A DNA stretch of 58,865 nucleotides, the filler included, from Squatina squatina (taxonomy: Eukaryota): the NCBI GenBank assembly GCA_031763465.1. It is 4 parts of 4 records of this genome, joined end to end, with 100 filler letters (N's around TTAATTAATTAA, not from the genome) between each part and the next. Parts side by side here need not be neighbours in the genome. Positions count along the whole stretch, not along the records: positions 31,254 to 44,828 come from JARFOE010000230.1; positions 44,929 to 58,865 come from JARFOE010000168.1; 2 more parts are not named here. One strand, 5' to 3'. Below, one piece after another: positions 36,411 through 49,058 of the stretch. Made by a program: the position numbers and the translations under genes. The notes under the pieces were generated by a model. That model ran no database searches, was not told where the DNA came from, and saw nothing but the letters and a program-made list of their open reading frames with translations. Each line of letters opens with the position of its first letter. Positions within the stretch are counted from its first letter, which is position 1.

Positions 36411-39400
36411 GAGTCCCATGTTTCTGGAGGGTGTAGAAGCAGATTAATGCATAAGGAAGCAATATCAAAAGTCTGTTGTGTAAATCCAGCCAATATTATA
36501 GCAAACAGGTAGCAATGATTTGAGTGCTTGCAAGTGAAAGCCCTTTTAAATACCACTTTTCATTGTTGTTTGAAAGCTGTCCCGCCCAGTATTGCTAAGT
36601 GGGTTCAGTGCTGGGCAGCATTCCGTTCCCACAAGTTAAAATGGAGTTTGGGTCCTAATGACGTCATAGGCCTTTGATTTGAATACAGTAATGAGGCTCA
36701 TGCCTGCTTCAGGTAAATCCCTCGGCTACTCTTCAAAACTCTGTAGGTAATATGGCGAGTAAGTTGAGCGCTGTGACGTTAACATCACTACAAACCTACT
36801 TCCGGAGTTAAAATTGTCCCTAATATTTCTAACTAAAAGAAAAAAAATGCCAATACTTTTGTTGAAGCCTATTATTCGATAAAGTTTACTGCAGCAACAT
36901 AAATTTGACATGGACTGGGTGATCTCCAATGGCCCTCCAAAATAGGTATGTATTTCACAATCTAAATTTGACAAGTTCTGCGTACTATTTATTTTATGGG
37001 GCAGTTGGCAGTTCTAAGTTTTCTTTCTATTTTATTACATTTCAATATCCAGCTCATTAATTTCCTAATTTTCTCCCTGCCGCCCAATGGCAAAGCAGAT
37101 TACTTTATCTCTCCTGTATGTTTTACAGGTATCCCACAGACACTGATCCAGCAATAACAAATATTTTCAGTTACTGATTACATTTTCATACAGACACAAA
37201 CTTTGCTGTCTTCATGCACCATCTAGTGGTTGTTTATAAATGTTGGAAGTTCCAGCACCTGCGAGGAGACTCTTGGGGGGTGAAATGTGACATGGCGTGA
37301 AATTTGCTTAATGACTACTTAAGGCGTTAATGGGGCATTAAAAATTCTTTAGGCATTAAATCGCCGTTTAGCGTCTCCCTCAAAATTTTCTAGGGTCAAA
37401 CTTTAGGCATTAAACTTTTGCACCTCAGCAAACAGGCGAGATCGAGTTAGCGCCTCCGATGAAGTCATCAGTGTGCGCAGCACCTCTTTCGCGCCTCATT
37501 TCAAAATTCCCCAAACTTTGCACCTGAAGAGTCTTCCCCAATGCAACGCCGAGAAAAGTCAGTGCTACACTTATCTGACAGCTCTGTCCGCTATCTTGTT
37601 GAAGTCGCTAAGTATTGGGGGCTGAAATTTATCTTCCAAGGGTTGCAGGGTCTTTGCCCGATGGTGATCTGGTGCCTGAGGCATCGTCAACAGACCCCAA
37701 AAAATTCACAACGATGATGGGGCTCCTGAGATGGGGACCCATCGGCTTGGGCTCTGCCCCGCCGCTGGCTCCGATCGGGCTCCCATATGGCCGTGGCTCT
37801 GCCCGATGATGCCCCCGATCGGGCCGCCGTATNNNNNNNNNNNNNNNNNNNNNNNNNNNNNNNNNNNNNNNNNNNNNNNNNNNNNNNNNNNNNNNNNNNN
37901 NNNNNNNNNNNNNNNNNNNNNNNNNNNNNNNNATTATTTCGACTGGTTAGAAGGAGAATGAGCCAAGAACTTGCGACTGCTTTTAGTTGTTAACCGAAAA
38001 CTGCCAGTGAGTTTGATTTCTTCTCATTGACAAATCAATCACTATTTGATCAACTCCGTGGCAAAACTGATTTATGCAAATTTAGCCGCCAGAGGGGTGA
38101 AAGGACGATGCTGGTCAGCTGACAAAAAATAAGGACCAGTAAGAAAACATGAAAATGAAGTTAATAGCAAAAAAGTTATTACATCAATAAAAAAGGCAAA
38201 GACTAAAATCATTATGTTAAAAGGAACACGAAGAACTGAAAAGAAAATTGAGCGTGGTTGTTAGAACAATAATGATTTGTATTAAGTACTGCATCTTATT
38301 GTAAAAGGAAAAATAAAATTGCAGTGTGTCTATTAAAATTAAGTGTTGTCATCCATAATGTTCTTGGTAACTATGCAGAATGTGCTACTGTCAACAGACA
38401 TTTGCAAATTCTTGGCAAGTCTTGCTCTTGGCAGCTTTAAGTTGGGAACTCGGAGAAAAGGAAAAGCTGACATTACCCGGCACACTTCATTTGAAACTCA
38501 TCGCCTGCTGGATGATCAATGAGTGATATTAATGGCAGCGTTGATCAAAAGCTGAATGGTGGAAGATGTGCAGAAATCAGAAATTTGCTGTAAGTAATAA
38601 ATGGCGAACAAGAAGCATTAAAAAATATATACTTATTGAAATGGTAATTCCATTGCTTTGCTTGCCCGTCACCCCCTCAAACCATATTTTAGTGTTTTAG
38701 TGTGGGATGCTGATCTGGCATTGTGGGTTGGATATTTCCTGGGGCAGGTTACGTAGGCAGGGTGGGGCAGAATTTTGAACAGGACTAGGTTTCCCTGCAT
38801 GCTGTAGCATTGTAACTCCACAGCGTGCGTCTTTTGGCCCTGACAAGTTCCCCACCTGGAAGTCAGCCTGATTGACTGGCTTGGCCCCGAGTCGGGCAAG
38901 GAGCTCTCCGGAGCAGGCCGCAGAAGCAGGCAGGGAGCCTACAGCTGCTTGTGGGAGCGTGGGGGAGGAGGATTCCGATCCCTGACCCCAGGGTGGGGTC
39001 CAATCCTGGGGAGGGTTATGATCCCCAACCCCGGATTTCGGGGGCTGGGGTCGTTGGATCAGTGGAGGTCTGATGACAGCGGTGGGCCAGTGGGGAGGGG
39101 TTCTTTGGTTCAGGGTGGTTCCAATGGCAGGGAAGAAGGTAAGCTTAGTTGGTCAGGAGGAAGCACTCCTGCACCTCCTAGCCCACACTGAGTGCTTCCG
39201 GGGTGCTTACATTTTCTCTGTAGCGGTTTACACCTCCATAGAGGTGCCGGGTTTCCCGAGGCTTGGAAAACCTGGCCGGCCAGGGTTAAACCTGTAAGAT
39301 AGGTTAAATGTGAGGCTCTCAGTGGCATTTTTGCTGCCTACCTCCATTAAACCCAGAAGTGGTTGGGTTTGAGATTTAAAATATTTTTGCACCTCACCTG

Positions 39401-39444
39401 ACCCCAACTCACCTGTTTTTGCGGGTTAAAATTACCTCTGTTTA

Positions 39445-40055
39445 TAAAGCCATGGATACCATATACTTTTTTTTTTAAGAATAATCTTATCAACTTGTCC
39501 TGCCACCTTCAAAGATTTGTGTATGTGAACCCCCAGCGTTCTCTGTTTCTGCACACCCTTTAAAGTTGTATTATTCAGTTTATATTGTCTCCTTTCATTC
39601 TTCCTTCCAAGTGAATCACTACACTTCTCTGCATTAAACTTTAGCTGTCACGTGCCTGCCCATTTCACCAATCTAGGTCCTCCTGAAGTTTGCTGCTATC
39701 CTCCTCTTTGTTTACTCTATTTCCAAGTTTTGTGTCATCAGCAAACTTTGAAATTATGCCTCCTGTACCCAAGTCCAAGTCATTAGTATATATCAAAAAG
39801 AGCAGTAGTCCTAATACCTAACACTGGGGGACACCACTGTACACTTCCTTCCAGCCTGATAAACATGCACCACTACTCTCTGCTTCTGTCTCAGCCAATT
39901 TCATATCCTGCTTCCACTGTCCCTTTAATCCCCAGGGCTTTGATTTTGCTAACAAGTCTATTATGTGACACTTTATCAAACGCCTTTTGAATATCCATTT
40001 ACACATCAACTGGCCTCATCAACCCTCTATTGTTTTATCGAAGAACTCAATCAAT
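39445..40055 (-). mobile_element. CR1 LINE reverse-transcriptase fragment
   Basis: Minus strand contains degraded MDIQKAFDKVSH-RL, WKEVYSGVPQ-LGL, SKFADDTKLG and W-LKFNAEKC motifs. Confidence 0.85.
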
Positions 40056-41099
40056 CTGAGGTATGAGAGATACTTGGGAATCTACTCAATTTTTCACTTG
40101 AAATCATTTGGTTGTGAGCATTGTGATTCAACTGTTCAAAAAAAAAAATTGAGTTTAGAATAAATGCAATATCCCAGAGTTGCTTAACTAGATATTTGAA
40201 TGCAGCACTTCAAATAAATGAAACCAGAAAACCTGATTTCAGACAGTTACCATGAAGGATATCTCCGAGTTATTTGAAAATGTGTTTTTTATTTGATATT
40301 TTAAATTGGCCTAGTTTATTTTTTAAGATTTAGCTGCTGGGTAAATTATAACATGAGAGTAAAGAATGTAATGAAATTTTAATGACTTCAACAGTGCATT
40401 AAATTTCATTTCCTCGCAAAATTAGGCACATTGCATAAGGCACAACAACCCAATTAGTTGAGAAAACATAAGACAATTTCAATTTAAAACCTAATTAATT
40501 ATCTATTAATTATCTAATTTTGTGATGAACTCTGAGACATGGGGTGGGATGGGGGTGTAATTTTAACTCCTAGGGCGGGTGGACAATTAAAAATGTTAAA
40601 ATCGGCAACCTGCCCCCAACCCGCCCACTTCGGGTTTAAACGGAGACAGGTCGGCGGGGGGGCGNNNNNNNNNNNNNNNNNNNNNNNNNNNNNNNNNNNN
40701 NNNNNNNNNNNNNNNNNNNNNNNNNNNNNNNNNNNNNNNNNNNNNNNNNNNNNNNNNNNNNNNNCTGGTAGTTACTTTCACATTCTATCTAATTATCCAT
40801 TTTGTATAGGAGTACTTGGATCCTAGAATTTCAAAGTAGCTTCGCACAGAGTTCCAAAACTCAGAAATCAGCGAGGTTTCCGGGCTACATATTTTCTCTC
40901 TTGGCTCTGTCACTCAACAAAGAACTTTTGATGTGGGGCAAGATTTCACTAATTGAGACACTTCTTTATCTAAAGTTTAAAAAAAAAACTTGTGTAGGAT
41001 TCTGGTTGTAGGGCCTCGAGCTGTCATCTTAACATATCACTGTAAAATGCCATTTGTTTCTCAAATTCTTAATGGTGTCTATTGTTTCTCCTTGTTTAG

Positions 41100-41256
41100 A
41101 CCTATTCTGGACTGTTCTGTGTGGTCATAAATCCATACAAGAATCTCCCCATTTATGCTGAACAAATTATTGAAATGTACAAAGGGAAAAAGCGACATGA
41201 GATGCCACCACATATCTATGCCATCTCTGAAAGTGCCTACAGAAGCATGTTGCAAG
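41100..41256 (+). CDS. MYH10: Non-muscle myosin II heavy chain motor-domain exon (MYH10-like)
   Basis: tttag/gtaag splice sites; [58 protein letters not shown] favours MYH10, but the paralogue assignment is not certain. Confidence 0.85.
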
Positions 41257-42659
41257 GTAAGAAGCAGAACTATTTGAAGTGGGAGAACAATTACCTGCAA
41301 TATTCAATGGTACTTTATCTTTGAGCATGTGGGGAGTTTTCTTCAAATATTGAAACATCTGATCTAGTCTNNNNNNNNNNNNNNNNNNNNNNNNNNNNNN
41401 NNNNNNNNNNNNNNNNNNNNNNNNNNNNNNNNNNNNNNNNNNNNNNNNNNNNNNNNNNNNNNNNNNNNNNTTTATGCATATTTGCAGTTTATGCATATTT
41501 CCTAACAATACCATTTATTTGTTTGCGACAAGCAGCCCGAATCGCCTAAACCAGTGAAACATCAGGCAAGTGTTGAATGCTGTTCAGTTTAACTCTTTGC
41601 AGCATGTGACTGACACCTTTTCCGGTTCATTGATTGCTTTTATTATTTTGAATCTTCTTTGCACTTGCCTTTTCCATTACAATTGCTTGGAGAACTCTTA
41701 AGGGCGTGATTAGGCAACTTTTCACGAAAGTACACGAACAGCTACTTGCTTTCTGGTCTTTTTCTAAAATCTACATTCTGCAGTAAAATGATTTGATTCC
41801 ATGTTGTTTGAGTTACTCTTTTGTAATTGGACACTTATTTTTGACTTACTATTTTTGACTGTGTTGATGCTTTGAGCACTTCATACAAAATGTATGTGTA
41901 ATTTCTACCTAAACTGACTTATGCTTTGGTTGCAAAAAATCTTGCCATAACTTTGGTAGGAATATTTACTAGTGAGCCTGGCACTTCCTATTTGAAGTAT
42001 TGATTTTTTGAATGAGATTTCCTGCAGAAAATGACAACATATTGCAATGATCTGCATGGCCGAATAGTTTAGGCTATCACTTGGATTAGATGGTTGACTC
42101 TAGTACATTTTTATTTAAAGCAAGTGGTTTATAAGAAATCCTTATTCCAAAAAGGATGCCCTTAGGAGGGAAGTTATTGTCTGGCCTGTATATTTGAAAT
42201 CAATCTTGAATATGTTGTCTTCCCTTTAGTGCTGATCCAAGTCTTTGATATCCTGTTTATTTCTAAGTCTGAGCTTCCTGTTGGAGCATAGCCTGCATTG
42301 TTGAGCTGAAAACTATAAATTCTGTAATCAACTTCCCTTTTTTTTAATTCTATGCAACAGGGTTGGCACTCCCAATTCTTATCCTGTCCCACTCAATATT
42401 CACCATTGCCAGCAGTGGAAGCTTGCCAGTCATAATTTAATTGGCAATAAATCAAACTTGTTCCATATAAAAATGGCTAGCGTGGCATTCTCATTTCTGC
42501 AGTAGGAAGAGAAGGTGCAATAGTATGCAAATTAGTGTATTTGGTAACTGCATGTAATTGGCTCCCTGATTCTGTTCCAAAATTCAAAGTAGTTTATCCA
42601 TCTTGTAGTGTCACCACATGTGGATGATTAAGATTCAGACTGCTGACTTTTTTTTCCCC

Positions 42660-42978
42660 CCCTCCATTAAAACCTTTCTGTTGCTGAAACTCTCATCCAT
42701 TCTTGTTACTTGCAGACTCTACTATTCTAATGCTCACCAGGCTGGCCTGCCATATTCCACCCCATAAGCTTGAGCTCATCCAAAAGTCTGCTGCCCAAAT
42801 CCTAACCAGTTCCATGTTCTGTTCACCCATCACCCCTTGTGCTTGCTGACCTACATTGGCTCCCAGTCCACCAACATCTTGATTTTTAAAATTCCCATCC
42901 CTAGTGTTCAAATCTGCCCTATCACTCTGGCCACCTCCAGCCCTCCAACCTTCAAGGACACTGCATTTCTCCAACTCT
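42660..42978 (+). mobile_element. L2-like LINE fragment
   Basis: Same family as the copies at 2000 and 5045 (GAGCTCATCCAAAA...CCCATCACCCC...GCTGACCTACATTGGCTCCC). Confidence 0.7.
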
Positions 42979-43394
42979 NNNNNNNNNNNNNNNNNNNNNN
43001 NNNNNNNNNNNNNNNNNNNNNNNNNNNNNNNNNNNNNNNNNNNNNNNNNNNNNNNNNNNNNNNNNNNNNNNNNNNNNNCCAAATGTATACTTTAGTTTCA
43101 GCAGCATTGAGGTGCCAGTTTCTGCCCATCAACCAACCGCCTTGCTTTTATGCTGTGGTCTCCAGCTTGAGGTATTTTTACTTTCAGTAGTTTTGAAGGC
43201 AAACTGAACACATTTATCCAGTAATCAATTATAAAATCATTCATCACAGAATGAAGTATGCAAGTGCTGTATAGATTGTAAATGGAATAAACTTTTGTCT
43301 GCATGGCTGTTCAGGGGTTTATATTTTAACTTGCATGGAATATAATGAAGTCACTTGTTCAGAGAATGTTGTAGATTAATGAATGTTCTCTTAA

Positions 43395-43523
<129 letters not shown>

Positions 43524-43580
43524 TAGCTTGCACAGATGTGAATAAATTGAAGCTTCTTTCGTGCCATATTGTAAAATTAA

Positions 43581-43760
<180 letters not shown>

Positions 43761-44344
43761 TGATTTTTATGCCTTATCTTGCATATTTCTGTGTAGTCAC
43801 TAGGTAGTCATCAGGAGCAGAAAACCTGACTGGAGTTTGACAGGGTCATGCATTGAGATCTGCTTAGCCTGGCCGCGAGCTCGGACAGGTGATGAGAAAG
43901 AAAGTAATTGCTCAATGTGAAGGTGGAAAAATAACTTGTCGGAAGGGTTATTTGGGCCTAGTTTGAGAGTAAGATTGAGGGCCATCCCCAGGATCAGAAA
44001 CCAATTTGAGTGGGAACATGCAGGGGGTGGGTAGGAGGGGATGAGGGAATAAAAAGTAGTTCAGCGCATACAAAAAATTCAAATGACTTTTTTTAAAAAA
44101 GGACCAAAATCCAACTGTTGGTGGAATTAATTTTCCACACTGGTTTCTGCTAACCAATGAATAAAACTATACGGAAAACACGGTCCAGTAATCATCAATC
44201 TCTACATTCTTTAACACAACTTTGCTTTCTTATTTTCCAAATGAGATTTTCGCAAGTTTCCTGAAGTTGCTTCTTTCCAATGTGAACTGTTTTCACCTAC
44301 CATGTATTGTCTAGGCTCAATGGACTGCTTAAATGACAACTTAA

Positions 44345-44689
<345 letters not shown>

Positions 44690-44828
44690 TAAGCTCCTTT
44701 CTGTTTCCTTTCTCCTTATAATCACCCCCACCATTTCCTTATTGGAGTGCTTGGGTCAGTTAGCCTCCTTCGGTGCATGTCCAGTCTAATATAGCTGTCA
44801 CCAGACTTGTTGAATTCTATGAACGCTC

Positions 44829-44928
44829 NNNNNNNNNNNNNNNNNNNNNNNNNNNNNNNNNNNNNNNNNNNNTTAATTAATTAANNNNNNNNNNNNNNNN
44901 NNNNNNNNNNNNNNNNNNNNNNNNNNNN
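44829..44928. other. Artificial scaffold spacer N44-TTAATTAATTAA-N44
   Basis: Third identical spacer. Confidence 0.97.
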
Positions 44929-45689
44929 TTTTGAATAATTTGAAACATTCGGTCTTCATTGATAAGAATACTGCCAGACTCCTCAGGATTACAAAATACA
45001 CATTAGTATGCTTCACTGCGCCTGATATTGAAAGCCTATCTAAGCGGGAATTATTTGACGTTGAACATCCTTCCATTTGGCGCATGATTTCTGGGAGACT
45101 ACATAGCAGAAAGCAGCCCCAAAAACAAGCAAAAGTATTCATTTAGAAAAGCTCCGAGTCCCAATGAAAGTGATGCAGAGNNNNNNNNNNGAGTGACGTC
45201 TTGTCAGTGACTCATAAAGCAATGTGTGGGAGCAGGCTAGCTCGCAGAAGTTGAAGTTTGATAAAAACAGACGTCTGACAATGTTTGTCACATCACTTGA
45301 CAGCTGTGAATGCAGCATTGGCACAGCTAATGGCGTTCTTCAGTCAAAGCACGATTGTTAACAGTGCCGTCCTCACGGACTTGCTAGAATTAAGCCTGCT
45401 CGAACTACAAGACCTTCTTAATTATTTGTTGGCTGTAAAAATAAGATGCTTTGCCAATTGACAGGAATGTTGTTTTGAAATAACTTGCAATATTCCATCC
45501 TCACAATGTCCACATCAGGTTTGGTTGAGTGAATAGCATTTGTTGAGTGCAGATAATAATTTCTATAATTCACTTGAAAAGCTGATCCCAATAAATGTCA
45601 ATTTCTTGTGTTAAAAATGCTTCTTTTAATATTTGCCTTTGTAGTAGGATTTGTATTTTCTTGCACTGGTGACTGTCTCACATATGATA

Positions 45690-45970
45690 TAGCAAAACTA
45701 GAGGCCGTCAATATAAGATGGTCACCAAGAAATCAATTAGGGAATTCAGAAGAAACTTCTTTACACAGAGTGGTGAGAATGTGAAACTCGCTACCACAGG
45801 GAGTGGTTGAGACGAATAGTATAGATGCATTTAATGGGAAGGCTAGATAAGCATGTAAGGGAGAAGGGATAGGGGGCTATGCTGATCGAGTTAGATGAGA
45901 AAAGACGGGAGGAGGCTCGAGTGGAGCATAAACGCCAGCATGTACTGGTTGGGCTTAATGGCCAGTTGCT
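45690..45970 (+). mobile_element. CR1 LINE 3' end
   Basis: AACTAGAGGCCGTCAATATAAG...AGAAGAAACTTCTTTACACAGAGTGGTGAGAATGTG...GGCTAGATAAGCA follows the CR1 tail pattern. Confidence 0.75.
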
Positions 45971-46979
45971 ANNNNNNNNNNNNNNNNNNNNNNNNNNNNN
46001 NNNNNNNNNNNNNNNNNNNNNNNNNNNNNNNNNNNNNNNNNNNNNNNNNNNNNNNNNNNNNNNNNNNNNNNCAGCAAAGGATAAAAGAATCCTACCCCCT
46101 GTTTATCTTCCAAGGATTAAAACCAATTCTAAACAAAGGAAGACTTGAATTTGTGCTATGTGAGAACTCTCATTCAGAGTTTGAAGTCCAGTTCCACCTG
46201 CGTCTGTAACTCTTTCATTGCCTTAAACCTGTAAAATTAAAGTGCCGATCTGTTTTGACTGACTCATATTTCCTTCACAGACAATCAGCTACCTTCTGTG
46301 TTCCAAATCACAAAGCACATCAAAATTTACATTCATTCCTAATCAGTGAATGTCCCAGGTATGTGAGCATTGCTAACCTGTCACAGCCAGTCTGCCTGGG
46401 TGCAAAATACCAGCAGCCAGGGTTCGGGGAAGCCTACAATATCAGGCCTGCATTATAAAAGCTGCTTTTATCAACAAAAAAAAAAATCAATTTTCTGCCT
46501 TACACACTTACCTCTACCAGCAAACACTCAGTTCTTGACAAAGAAAGAGAGCAAGACTTGCATTTATATGGCACCTCAGAAAATCCCAAAATGCTTTACA
46601 GCCATTGAACTACTTTTGAAATTAAGGAAGTTATAATGTGGGGAATCAGCAAGCAATTTGCGCAGTGCAGGTTCCCAAACTATCAGTGAGACAAACAACC
46701 AGGAATTTAGGCCGAGGCATAAATGCTGACCAAGGTAGATAGAGAACTGCATGGTGGAAAGGTGTGTGGGCGAATCAGAAAGCTACAAATACACAACTGC
46801 AGTAACTGGGATGTTACATTTACAAATCCCATGCATGAGCAGATAGTTCATCATTTCCAAATCTGCTTCACGAATTAACCAGTGGAACTAGCCCGCATGG
46901 GAACTTCCACAATAGACTATTATTTTCAGAAGCTGTTCTGATACCAACTCCTGGTGCTGTAGGAACTGCTATAGGTATC

Positions 46980-47410
46980 TGCCATGGCTCAATTGATAGC
47001 ACCTTTGCCTCTAAAACAGCAGTTTGTAGGTTCAAGAGACTTGAGCACATAATCTAAGCTGACACTCCAGTGCAGTACTGCACTGTCAGAGGTGCCGTTT
47101 TTCAGATGAGACATTAAATGGACAACTATCTCCCCTCGGTGCCTGGGGAACAAGTGGAGGAGACAGTGGGAGTTTCACTGTCTGTATGGAGCAGGTTGAT
47201 GTAAATGATTCAATGGCACTACTCTGAAGAAGAGCAGGGGAGTTCTCCCTGGTGATCTGTTCAATATTTATTCCTCCACCAACATCACCATCATCACATT
47301 GCTGTTTGTGGGAGCTTGCTGTGCGCAAATTAATTGCTGGCTTTCCCTACATTTAAACATTGACCACACTTCAAAAGTACTTCATTGGCTGTAAAGTGCT
47401 TTGAAAGGTT
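46980..47410 (+). mobile_element. Deu-domain SINE with an internal insertion
   Basis: GCTGACACTCCAGTGCAGTACTG...GAGGTGCCGTTTTTCAGATGAGACATTAAA...GAAGAAGAGCAGGGGAGTTCTCCCTGGTG...CTTCAAAAGTACTTCATTGGCTGTAAAGTGCTTTG. Confidence 0.8.
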
Positions 47411-48878
47411 GTAAAAGCCTTTTTTCTTTTGCCCTCTTTATAATGCGGATAGTTTCCACAGTAGCCAGTTCCACTTCATACCACCATTTATCATCAGTGT
47501 TCATTTTAAAGCTGCTAATGACCACCTCCTTTCAGTGTCTGGGGAATGAGTGGAGGAGACAGTGGGAGGGAATCTGTTTCACTGTCTACATGGAGTAGGC
47601 TAGCGCACTCGAACTGGTCGTCCCTCCGGCAACTTAAGCTATGGCCACCTCCAACGCTGACTGCAAGCCAGCGGTGTTTATATTGGCATTGGAGGTAGCA
47701 CTGCCACTGAGGCCTTTGGCAGTGCCCACCATGGCGGCATCTATCCTCAGAGCTGACGGCTCACGGCACTGCTTCCACCGAAGGCAAACTCCCCACATCA
47801 AATGGCGTCACATTTTCAATCCACATCCATTTTCAACATAGTCATTACGAACTTTCCGCACACTTCCTTAACTCACTAAGCCATCATGACATTACAAATT
47901 GTACTTGTGGTATGGAATTTAGAAGTTTGTTTCGAGGCAGTGGCACCTTGCAGTTATAGATGGGGCCCAATCACTTGGCGATTCGCCATTGGTATAACCT
48001 GAATCCTAGGTAATGCTGCTAGCTATCCGACTGCATTCCCACATTTCGAGCTGTCGTCACAGCTGGATGACCCCAAACACCAACAGGCGTTAGCTGGATG
48101 CCATCTGTGATGGAATTTTTGCTTTGATCTACCTCCCAACCTGACCGGACCNNNNNNNNNNNNNNNNNNNNNNNNNNNNNNNNNNNNNNNNNNNNNNNNN
48201 NNNNNNNNNNNNNNNNNNNNNNNNNNNNNNNNNNNNNNNNNNNNNNNNNNNGTGGTACACCAATGTGTTTTTTTAAATGATAGAAAACACCCGCACCTAC
48301 TACTAAGAAACATGACTTCCAGCTCTACCACTATGGTTTTCCATTCAGACCCACTCAACAGAAAGAGCAGGTGAGTAAGAAATACTCTCTTGAATGCCTT
48401 GCCAAAATATTTACTCTCTGATACATTATTGATGGTTGTGAGTGAGGAATAAGACTGTAATTGAAGTGTGGAGACTTAGACTGCATCACCAACCACAAGA
48501 GCACAACCAAAGTGGTTTAGGGATGTCATCAGAACCTCAAGATTACAGCTTTCTACTCGCTATTACTTTCTAATGTGGGCTCAAGAAGAAACCATATTAA
48601 CGACAGTTATGAGTATTGCCAAAGTGACAAAGGAGTTGGATCTTAAATAAAATCTTGTGGAGTTCTGAAATCTGGCAGTAACCATCCTTCTGGAAACTCC
48701 TGGGGTAGTGCCTGCAGAATGTACCGCAAAATATGCCAACTCGGCAACATTGCATGGTGTCTATTTAAAGGCATGGATNNNNNNNNNNNNNNNNNNNNNN
48801 NNNNNNNNNNNNNNNNNNNNNNNNNNNNNNNNNNNNNNNNNNNNNNNNNNNNNNNNNNNNNNNNNNNNNNNNNNNNNN

Positions 48879-49058
48879 CTGACAAGGACCTTGGTTTAAC
48901 GTCTCATCAGAAAGACAGAACCTCTGACAGTGCAGCGCTCCCTCAGTATTACACTGGAGTGTCAGCCGAGGTTTTGTGCTCAAGGCTCTGGAGCAAGACT
49001 TGAGCCCACAACCTCCTGACTCAGTAGGCGAAAGTGCTGCCCACTGAGCCACAGCTGA
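48879..49058 (-). mobile_element. Deu-domain SINE, 5' half
   Basis: Reverse complement begins CAGCTGTGGCTCAGTGGGCAGCACT (A box) and continues into the Deu core. Confidence 0.75.

Noticed and set aside
37615-37832. GC-rich patch with GCCCGATG/CCGATCGG repeats as a CpG-island promoter
   Set aside because: It starts with a GGGGGCTGAAATT end like other short elements here and is cut by a gap; more likely the subterminal repeats of a MITE.
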